64,000 bases of DNA from Antedon mediterranea (Eukaryota > Animalia > Echinodermata): assembly GCF_964355755.1 (NCBI RefSeq), contig NC_092670.1, positions 21,376,795-21,440,794 on the forward strand, written 5' to 3'. Of the stretch, positions 1-9,600 are shown in pieces. The translations under genes were made by a program, and so were the position numbers. The notes under the pieces were generated by a model. It had not been told where the DNA came from, did no database searches, and saw nothing but the letters and a program-made list of their open reading frames with translations. Position 1 is the first letter of the stretch. Every line of letters starts with the position of its first letter.

Positions 1-374
1 AAAAGTAAATTTTAAGTCCACCCTCTCCCCTCTTCCCTTCCCCTCTCTCCCAAACTGAATGATGCTACATTATCCTCTTCTCTTGAACTTTTACTGCCCT
101 TTTGATGTAATTTGTATTACCTTGTTAGTAAGAAATTTATATTCTTCAAATGTCAAATTGTCTACAGCCCCAGAACGCATCTGCTTATCCTAGCATAGGT
201 ATCCCATGAGTCACAGCTAATATTGCAAGGTGAGAAAGTTTTGGGATGACTGGAATCTGCATTTAGGTTGTGATTATTTTGTTATACAGTACTTTATTTA
301 CTTAATTCCTTGTTAAATGTTACAAACATGTTTTTTTTTCAAACTGTATTAATATGTACTTGTCAATTGTATGA

Positions 375-641
375 CCCACTATGCGACCCCGGGGTACGTC
401 ATTTGTCAGATGTGCGTCATACCTTATATGAATACCATGACGCACCCATGCATACAAAATATGATCATCACCCATTTTGAGGCACTGTGACCATGTTGTT
501 TATGATATTTTGAGTGATAAAGTGACAGACATTGACACACCATCGTTCATTGATGTGACGTACTGTACCTTCTAGGATTTTGACATATTATTTGTAAATG
601 ACGTACCCATAATGCACTTCTCCCGGGGGTCGTATAGTGGG
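375..641. mobile_element. MITE-like non-autonomous element with CCC...GGG termini
   Basis: cccactatgcgaccccggg from 375 is the near-perfect reverse complement of the end ccgggggtcgtatagtggg (to 641). A second inverted pair, gggtacgtcattt / aaatgacgtaccc (~392-404 / ~596-608), extends the TIR. No clear TSD. Confidence 0.65.
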
Positions 642-951
642 AAATATAAGTACATTACCACTACTACAGTACAACTGTCTACTGTCTACATTAATCAATG
701 CTACTAGCTACAATCATACACAATATCACTAAAACTGTAACCCACGATTACACGATCCTACTATTGTATAAGATCCATAAGTTTGTACTTTCCCATGTCA
801 TTCACCATACTATTTTAATAACTACTGGTATTAAAAAAGGTCTGATTTCTTTGTATAATTGTTTTTTTATTGAAAGACAATTATTTGGAACTATTGTAAT
901 CTTATTTCTAAGAATGCTTTGTCTGTATGCCAAATATATTATTTTCCATGA

Positions 952-1020
952 CTAAACCATACCCATGGGTATTACCGTTTATAAACCGTACCCATGGGTA
1001 CTACCGATTCTAAATCGTAA
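952..1020. repeat. Short tandem duplication (~29-bp unit) containing the palindrome tacccatgggta
   Basis: taaaccatacccatgggtattaccgttta is followed by taaaccgtacccatgggtactaccgattc and a partial third copy. Confidence 0.7.
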
Positions 1021-2094
1021 ATAAGATTTAAATATTACCAACTAAACTCTTAATTTCTTCTAATTAAAGTGAATGATTCAAAGATATGAATAGGTTTTCT
1101 ACTACTACTGTATGTACACATTAGAGATGAGTGTTCTAGAGGTCTGCTGTACTATGTGTTTTAATATTAAAAACATTATATCACTACTTATTTATAAACA
1201 TCAATAATTTATGGGTTTTTAATGGTATGTTCACTGCAACTGTCAAATTCCAAGATTGCATTTCAGGTATAAAAACCATTTGTCATAACATTTCACTCAT
1301 CATTGTGAATGTAATCTCCAATCCAGGTCAACTCCACAGTCATTTTAAAGCTTATCTTAGTATTGGTCCTCCTGACCAGGGAGTTGTTATTAGATGGAGT
1401 AACAACAAATTTATCAACTGATCTACAGCCAATAAGCGACGAGCGGTATACAGGAACCTCAAAGGATTATGCAGTCAACTGGCACTAATTTCCTGCCTTT
1501 TGTTTGGAGTCTACTTTGCCGACGATGCCAGGCCCTCTATCGCCGGGATTCGTCCATTTTGAGTAAAGACTTTCGATGCATTCCTGACAAACAAACATTG
1601 TAGGCATGCGCAGATGATTCCTTCTTCGTCAATAGCTTTACAATTTGTTTACGTCATTAGAGAATTCTGCAATATATATTTTACAAAAAACCGCTTTAAA
1701 TTCCGACCTTTCGTTAAAAAGTTACGATAATTCAAAGTGTACGTTCATCTGTTTGTTTGTAGACCTTCTTTCGTGATTTTCAGAGACTTTTGGTAAGTTT
1801 TAAAGTTAATATTTGATATTTTCCGCACGTTTCTCCATTTTAACACCAGCGCTAATATTTAAAAGAGTATGTCTTCTATCATTCTCTTGATATCTTATTT
1901 TCTTACAGTTTCTTACATAATCGTAATTTTGGTTAAAATACAACATGTTTTTATAGGTGTGGGCATGTTGTCAGTAGTGATAAACGCCAGCGTGTAATCT
2001 GGGTAATTAACACCCTCCGATCGTATGTTTGTTGGCGGCTGGAATCGCCGATTCTGGTGATGCACTAGGTACACCACCAGGGCCTAGGCCTAGC

Positions 2095-2123
2095 CAGGGA
2101 GATGGTCTAATAACAAATCCCTG
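2095..2123. mobile_element. 29-bp TIR-TIR remnant (excision footprint) of the same TIR family, nested inside the element
   Basis: cagggagatgg + tctaataacaaatccctg match the left and right termini of 1377-3923. Flanked by an exact 7-bp duplication gcctagc (2088-2094, 2124-2130). Confidence 0.8.
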
Positions 2124-2348
2124 GCCTAGCCCTCTCCCTTAAATAGGCCTAGGCCCCTGCACGTATGCTAGGCGGGGAATTACCTATATAACTAAGCATA
2201 GCCTATAGAATAGGCCTATATAATTATAGGATGTCCACTATAAATAATAATTAATATTAATACAATTCTATGACTATGTATGAATGTACTGACTGTAATT
2301 TATTTTGTTGTCTTCCTGTTATTCATTATAGGAATTTGTACTGTAATA

Positions 2349-2744
2349 ATGGAAATACAGGCTATTTGTCGTTTATGTGGGCGAGAGACTGCTGCATCTG
2401 ACTCAAGACGTCTAATTTTGAAATCTGATTATTCAGATTTAATCCAGCGTGCACTACAAGTAGATGTGAACACGGATATTCTCCCACCATACAGTTGTAA
2501 CAACTGTTGAGTAAAACTTGACACATGGAAGAAGAATATGCGCTCTAAAAAGAAGGATGTAAAAATTGGAATAAACCTTGCTGATTTTGATTCCAGTGAA
2601 AAACAGACAGAAGAATCTTTTTTCTGTGAGGCAGAGGTAGTTGCATTGCATCTCAAATGGGATACATTCTTTGGAAAGGAGAAGACAAACACATGTTTAC
2701 AAACATTGTTATTTGTACATGATTGTACATGTATTTATTTTTAA
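2349..2744 (+). pseudogene. Truncated transposon gene: N-terminal CxxC...CxxC zinc domain (RAG1 N-terminal / Chapa / ZAD-like), probably a transposase N-terminus
   Basis: A non-coding exon ends at donor TG|gtaagt (1792), the acceptor ttatag| is at 2331 and the ATG at 2349. Translation: MEIQAICRLCGRETAASDSRRLILKSDYSDLIQRALQVDVNTDILPPYSCNNC*VKLDTWKKNMRSKKKD... One in-frame TGA (2508-2510); the two track ORFs 2280 and 2538 share this frame. Confidence 0.7.
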
Positions 2745-2809
2745 ATATGTATTTAATACAAAGAATTAAAAAATGACTCAGTATATCGATTATTTTTATT
2801 TACAGTATA

Positions 2810-3686
2810 TCATTCATTAAAAGCCTTGGTTACATTTAGATATACAGTACTGTTCAGTACTTGATTTTTCTTCTGCACTGTAGCCCCTTTCTTCTTTGTC
2901 TGTGCAGGGAGTTCCCTGGTCTGTGCAGGAACATCTTTGTCTAGAATTGAAAAAAAAAAACAATTAACATAACTCCCTGGTCATACATTTAATCAGGCGT
3001 TGTCAATTTAACTCCCGGCATTTGTTAACAAATGAAAAATACATAAATCTTCCCAATTGTCAGTAGTGACAGCCCAGGTCATAATTAATAAATGGAAATA
3101 ATACTGCATCATCAGAAAGTTGTTTTTATTGGGGTAGGCCTAGCCCCTACTTGACCGTCCCTCCCTTCCTTCCTGATGAAATATTAAAGTTCAATGAATA
3201 AATACCTGTAAAAAAAAGGCAACGTAAAAGGCCTCCTTTCTTTCCTAGAGATTCTAGCTAGGAACGGTAGGCTGCAGTAGTATCAAATATTGAATAGGCT
3301 ACACCAGTTACTAACCTGTTTCTTGAGTAGTAGTACTACTACTAGGTCGCTTAACACTAGGCCTACTTGAGCCAGGCCTATGCCCAATATTATTAACGTC
3401 GTGTTGTTGACAGCATTGCTCACAAACCCATTTGCCAGCTGGAACTTCAGAAGATGTGAGCAGTGAGCTTCACACATTCAAAATGGAACCATTCATTAGG
3501 ACATGCTTTTCCTTCACAAGCGATCATTTGATCGTCAGAACTTTCCCCACATGGGCAATACATTGGCACATTTTCATTTAGATCAACATCTTCTAAATCG
3601 CTATCATCGAAATCTAAATCGGAAAAGTCTACGTACACATCGGTATAGAAGTCGTCAGTTGTCATTGTGTGTCGCGATTGTATCAT
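2810..3686 (-). pseudogene. Two-exon acidic-tract + ING-type PHD finger gene inside the transposon, frameshifted by a 7-nt duplication
   Basis: Exon 1 is 3686-3316 (donor CAG|gttagt). Exon 2 is 2940-2810 (acceptor poly-T caattctag|, stop TGA), followed by minus-strand AATAAA at 2795-2800 and 2734-2739. Removing the 7-nt duplication at 3456-3469 restores YCPCGESSDDQMIACEGKACPNEWFHFECVKLTSSEVPAGKWVCEQC (complete C4HC3). It also makes the splice phases match, giving 164 aa. Confidence 0.85.
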
Positions 3687-5507
3687 CTGGCTTTCTGAAA
3701 CACCATGACGATGTGTGACGTAGGCCAGAGTTATTCAAGCGAAGCGAAGCAACTTTGACTTTTCTGCGCATGCGCGTGTCATTGATTACGTCAGGGAAAA
3801 TTGTTTATTTGATGAGGAACTGTTTATCGGGGATTAAGTCTTATCTATTTTACTTCCTGTCGGAAAAGTAGACTGATCAAAAGAACATACTATGATGTTA
3901 CTCCATCTAATAACAACTCCCTGTCCTGACCTACTTCTCCATAATTTGTGTGAATAAATTAACTTACTTAATTGTCATTAGAGTGGTGATATTTATCAGG
4001 TGATAATTGTTGATTACTGTTAATCAGGAGATTGCCTTCCTGTTGTGTTTTATCACTATCAGGGTTTTTTAAATGTTGCATATTTTAATTAGTTATGGCA
4101 GCTATTTTGAGCTTTGATTTTTCATTAGTATACTGAATCAGGCATGCATGTAAACCCACTTCATTGAAGCAACCGGTGCGTGATGAACTTTCATTTTAAG
4201 CTATACTGATGGACTTACAGTATATCCCAACATCAGTACAACATTTTTTGGGGGAATTGTTTGTGTTGTGTAACTAAGATCCTGTTTCTGCTGGGGAAAA
4301 ATAACCGATTAATACCATGTGAATAAATTACCCCCAATTTCTTAGCAGTAAAAGCAGGACAGATTTTCAATAACCAATTAAATGGCTTTGTGAAAATTAA
4401 GGTTCAAAACTTTATATAATAATAATATAATAATGCAATATAACTGTTATTTGCTTGACAGCTGTAGAATCATAAACATTATATACTGTCTCTGAAATGT
4501 ATAGTTATACTTATATAGTGTGTTAAATTTGTGTACAAACGCTCTGATTACTACTTGAGACACATGACTGATTTCTCTTAAATCCTACCACCACATATAA
4601 TTTCAGTGAATTCATCAGTTTCATTTTTTAACTCGTTTAATTGCATAAGGAAGTACATGTTGTTATTTAACTTTATTCAATAGTTGTACAACACCTCATA
4701 GAATTATCTTGCTGCCAGTGTTGACCTTATTATTATACTACACATTGTGATGGTAACTATTGAAAAGGGAAGTAGAATTATATAATACCCCGTGTCTTAT
4801 TAGTCATCAAGTACCTTGCCATTAGCTAGCACATTGTTATTGTTATGATAATGTTAAATAAAGTCATATATTTACAGCATTTTTAATGTTCTTATTACTG
4901 TACAGTGAACCTTATCATTTACATACATCTTATTACAAACCTTCTATTTTTAGTGACACACAGTCCTCAATGATGCCATTTCTACCTTTTTTTAAAAAAT
5001 TTGTTTTTAACTCATGGTTTTGTGAAAAAAAAAATCTCTCGGTATACTTGAAGTATTGATAATAATAATAATATAGGGCTTTCTTCTGAATTTCTCATAC
5101 ACCAACTTTCTCATTTACAAACTGCTTTCACTAGAAAATAGAATAACATAATATTCATAGTGTTTGAATTTTCCACTTTTCACCTTTGCTCACTTTCATT
5201 TCAATGTTTATTTAAAATCTATTTTGCCTTTCCTACTTCTCTCTAAACAGTTCTTCAACAATTTCACGAGCTCAGCTTCTGGATAGAATAATATTAGTGA
5301 CACATTCAACAAAACCAACCAGAGGTCCACACATTTTTTCGTTCTAATCTATTGAAATTGGATTCAGAAGAATTTTAACAACTTCAACAATCTAAATATT
5401 TTATATAGCAAACATTTAAATCTGATTTTCGTATTTGAATTTATAAATTAGAAGTGAGCCCTCTAGTGTCCATTGGATTATAAAAGTCATTATAAAATAT
5501 CATTAAA

Positions 5508-5548
5508 GTAGTTCCAATTATCCAATAATATTGGATAATTGGAACTAC
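5508..5548. repeat. Perfect 41-bp hairpin/palindrome
   Basis: gtagttccaattatccaata - a - tattggataattggaactac: 20-bp arms with a 1-nt loop. Confidence 0.85.
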
Positions 5549-5588
5549 ATTTTATGGCAATCAATAAATAATAGTAGGAGGCTATACT

Positions 5589-5710
5589 TATTCATTCAAG
5601 AAACATTTATTGACCAAAAATATTTTATCATAACATTAACAATGGTTGGCATATAATATATAATTGAGAGACTACAAAAGGCCCGATGGGCCTGTCGCTG
5701 TAGTCCCTCT
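5589..5710 (-). mobile_element. Probable LINE 3'-end remnant
   Basis: On the minus strand a GC-rich stem-loop (agagggactaca...aggcccatcgggcct...tgtagtctctc) is followed by AATAAA and short tgaa repeats, the usual layout of CR1/L2-type 3' tails. Confidence 0.35.
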
Positions 5711-6111
5711 TTACATTATACAAATAATAATAATACATGAATATTACCTATTTTCCAATACAGAGATATATTTTGTGGCATAATTTATAAATATGCTGTA
5801 TTTGTGCAGAGACATTAATTTTAAAAGTATCATAGTTGATAGATACTGATAAAACCATCTTTTTTTAAAGTCATGTTTGCGTGCGATACAACATGTTTTT
5901 CAACAAGGGAATAAAGTAAAGTTGAAAAAGATGGTATATCACAAATCTCAATTTTTTCACCATGCAAATCTTTTGACAATTCTTAAAACAATCCATATTT
6001 TCTTTTCACAGATTCTTAAAATATAACAAGTTTCATAGGGTGACTCAGCACAATATCAAGCTGGATACCCCTTCTCTAAACCCATCATCCCCTGTAGGGG
6101 GTGATGAGCCG

Positions 6112-6676
6112 ATGGATGCCACTTTCAGTGTTCAAAGTCCTCAGATGATGGAGGTCTTGCAGACAGAGGACATTCCTGTTACGGGCATCTCAAACGTCAT
6201 CCTCCAACAAGGTCAAATAATGCAGCCTGACATTCTGCAAACTTCAGGCTTTCAGATCGGTTCCATTCAGCAGTTAGCAGCTCCAACCTTTCAAACGACA
6301 ATCGGTGGGATGCCTCTCACCACGTATACAACTTCTGGCATCCCGACACTTCAGACTGACATTGGTGGACAGCAGATCTTTATTCTCCAACAGCCGATTA
6401 CAGTGCCTCAAATAAAGATTGAAGATCAGCGACTACAGTTGCAACATCAGCAGTTACTGCAACAGCAACTGCAACAGCAACAATTGCAACAGCAGCAACT
6501 ACAGCAGCAACAACAATTACAGCAGCAGCAGCAACAACAGCTACAACAACTACAACAACAGCGGCAGCAGCAACAGCTACAGCAACAACAGCTACAGCAA
6601 CAGCTACAAAATGTGGAAACTGCACCAAGCATAGAGGAGACACCTTTGGGTGCCGATTTGGAGAAGAAAAAAGATG
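6112..6676 (+). CDS. MRTF: MRTF alternative N-terminal coding exon A (Q-rich/poly-Q)
   Basis: Acceptor tttcacag| at 6011 (or tttcatag| at 6038). The frame is open and the first ATG is at 6112, so coding could start in an upstream exon. Strong phase-1 donor GATG|gtaagt at 6676; G+TC of the RPEL1 exon gives Val, as in vertebrate KNV-LQL. Confidence 0.8.
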
Positions 6677-9600
6677 GTAAGTGTTTTATATGTTAATTTC
6701 ACAACCAATCATTCCTCAATAATGGTTCAGGTTTTCTCAGATAAGGACTTAAAAATGGAGGTACACCTAGAACTTGGTGCATCATCAAAATGGGATTACC
6801 CCAGTCTACTCGTCCGTTACAACCCTTGCCGTTCATGGTAGTCGCTGCTTACCTCAGTCTACTCGTCCGTTACAACCCTTGCCGTTCATGGTAGTCGCTG
6901 CTTACCCCAGTCTACTCGTCCGTTACAACCCTTGCCGTTCATGGTAGTCGCTGCACTGTAGACGCTTTGAGTCCTTGAGGACCTAATCTGATTATTATCG
7001 AAACAAACAAGTTTGGTCAGTGCATCAACTATGATAAGCTTTAGTGTACACAATGTCAATGTTGTGAACATTACATTTCATTCATTACATTTTTTAGCGC
7101 TGTGAGAATCAGTAAATAGCGGTTTATAAAGTTTATTATTATTATTAATATTATTATATCAATAAATGTAGGTAAAATATGAGATAATTTTCAATTAAAT
7201 TGCTATCGTCTGCACATGCCTACAAATCAATTGATAGCTTCCAATTGTTTCCACAGCTATACTAAATTATTTGCTCTGTATGTTTCAATTTTGTATTTGT
7301 TGAACTCTATATACAGTATAATAACAGAAATTTTTCTTTATTATTTTGTGTCATTTCATACAGTCGTCCCTATACATTGCCACCCCTTAATCTTATCATG
7401 TCAATGATCAATTATTTCGGGGTTTTCAGATATAAACCTTTCAAAATATACCCAAGGAATAATGCCAGGATCAAGTTCGTACAGATAATGTTCCTGTGTA
7501 TCATTCGCACTATGATAAAGCAAAAAAAAACTACAACTAAAATACAAAATAAGGAAATTGTATCTTTATTTGTTCATGGATGACAAACTTTCAATGATTC
7601 TTGTTCTTGTTATTTCAAATTGTGTTGAAGTTTCAGTGAAATTGTAATGTAAATATAACAACAATGGACCAGCTTTCTTATAGAATCATTCATAGCAAAT
7701 AGCAAAACAACAATTTACATACTATATTAAAAATTTAAATAAATGAGAAAAGAAACAATCTACTCAAGGATGTCAATGTTAAAAATAAAGTAAAAAAAAC
7801 AACTAGTTAGTAGTAATTTAATAAGATCAAGCACTTTTCTTCTATTCTAGTTTGATATGTATACTCATACAGTAAGTGATAATGTATAATTTTTATATTA
7901 ACGATATTGAGAAGGTTTAAAATGAAAAAACTGTTTTAGAACTCTAGGCCACGCAGTCGAATGATTGGTTGAGATTAAACCAAAGGGATTATCAGGAAAT
8001 CCCAGGGAATTGAAAAGATTTAAACATTAATCTTAGGTCATGAACCCTTTAAGCAATACCTGTTTTTACAAAAATTCCCGCTTAAACCTCACTTTCATAA
8101 TTAGTAAGTGATTAACTTGGTCCTTCAATAATTAGCCAGTTTTTCCTGATTAAGAATATTCTTTTAGATACTTTTCAATTATATTTAGTGGTCCTTGACT
8201 ATCAATAGTTCTTCCTGTTTATGAATATTCATTAGGTTATGTTCAATAATAAATTGTTATGAGGTATTCTATAGGAAGGTATGGTTTCCTTTTAAAACCT
8301 TCCCTTCCTGCTATACCTGGACGATAAAGTGCACTACCAACAGTTGGTGATGTTTGATTTTAATAAACCGTCCGGACACTGCTCATAAACCTTTGGATAA
8401 TATTTTTTATTGTAGATGCCTTGCTATAAAATAACTTTGGAAAATTTGTTGAAAGTGCTTTACTTTAGTTGTTATTGATATTGAACATCTATCTATACAT
8501 CGATTGGATTGTCCAATAATCAATACCTTTTGATTTTGAATTATATTTTTGTGGGTGTGTCAGTGAAGAGCAGAGCACAATCAACATTACTGTGGTACTT
8601 GTTATCTCATCGATGATTGGTTTGTCAATTTATTGAATCATGTCAAGAACTTAGGAGTTACTTAAGGATTTTATGAAAGAATGTTGTAGTTGTACCTTAT
8701 TGCTCTGAAATCTTTAACAATCTACTTACTAAAAGGATATTTTTAAATTTGTAATTGACTTTTTACTGTTAATACGAGGGGCGGTCTGAAGAATCTCTTA
8801 TGCCATCAGAAATCAACAGGTAGGCCTACAGTTAACACCTTTAAAAAAGCCTTTTCACACTATATTCGCTGAATTTTAAAGATCAGGTTTGGATTATATA
8901 AAATGTGAACATTTTTTATTAGTCTTCAGCTTATCCGAGTAAAAGTCGGTAGTAATAATCTTCAAAATTTATATCACACTGTTTAGCACTCAAAAGCAAA
9001 TAAAATTCTCTTTATGTAAATGTAATGTTGAGTTAATATAATATAATCTACAACGTGGGCCCGGTATAGGAATTTCACTGTACATTGTGGTTGGTACTCG
9101 CTATAGAAGCAGGAAGTAGTTGATACAATGAAGCGTTTTAATACTTTCAACTACTTTTTTTTTATTTTAAGAAAGGGTATGTTGTATAAAGCTTGATAGG
9201 CTTGCCCTAAACATGGAGATTTACCTCTTGACCTAAGTCTGTAGGTATTTGCCTTTTTTATGTTGTTAACCTACCAGTGTTTTGTCTAAAGACTACATTA
9301 GTAATTTTGATTATGTCAGGTATTATTAGTAAAATTCGAGCTGAAGTATTATACGTATGAAAGGCTATGTGTGCCGAAATATTTATCTTTTTACCAATAT
9401 TAAGTATTAAACTTTAATGGAAATCTAGATTTTTTGTGCTATTATTTTTTTTTATAGCCCCCTCTATTGTTAATATCATAGAGTGAGAGATTGTATTTTT
9501 CATTTTATGTCAGTAATGTGGCACCTCGTACAGTCTAGTTATTAGTAATACTCAAGTATCCATTGCTGCTTTTCACAGTAATATAGTTTATTTTAAGTGA

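Larger units (their letters stand above)
1377..3923. mobile_element. Internally deleted TIR DNA transposon, P-superfamily-like, carrying two convergent gene remnants
   Basis: Perfect 28-bp TIRs: cagggagttgttattagatggagtaaca (1377-1404) and tgttactccatctaataacaactccctg (3896-3923). Exact 7-bp TSD tcctgac at 1370-1376 and 3924-3930. CA...TG termini with a 7-8 bp TSD fit the P superfamily. No DDE domain remains. Confidence 0.9.

Noticed and set aside
2508-2510. Selenocysteine/readthrough TGA
   Set aside because: No SECIS is recognisable and the context is a decaying transposon; a nonsense mutation is simpler.
2960-3030. Further TIR-like fragments (taacataactccctgg; caggcgttg...aactcccg)
   Set aside because: They resemble the TIR, but no matching 7-bp flanks could be identified.
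3447-3686. Host ING-family gene
   Set aside because: No ING N-terminal helical domain is present; the PHD is near the N-terminus, frameshifted and enclosed by TIRs.
1377-3923. A bona fide ProtoRAG / RAG1L-RAG2L transposon
   Set aside because: Termini are CAGGG, not RSS-like CAC, and the TSD is 7 bp, not 5. There is no RAG1 core and no kelch repeat, and the PHD is canonical ING-type. Only an architectural and domain resemblance is supported.
6398-6643. Poly-Cys, poly-Ala/Val and Ser/Asn ORFs (6447..6632, 6398..6643, 6419..6634)
   Set aside because: These are alternative-frame and antisense shadows of the CAG/CAA poly-Q tract.
6796-6954. CRISPR-like array (also considered for 50942-51180)
   Set aside because: Head-to-tail tandem units without unique spacers, no cas genes, and a eukaryotic context.
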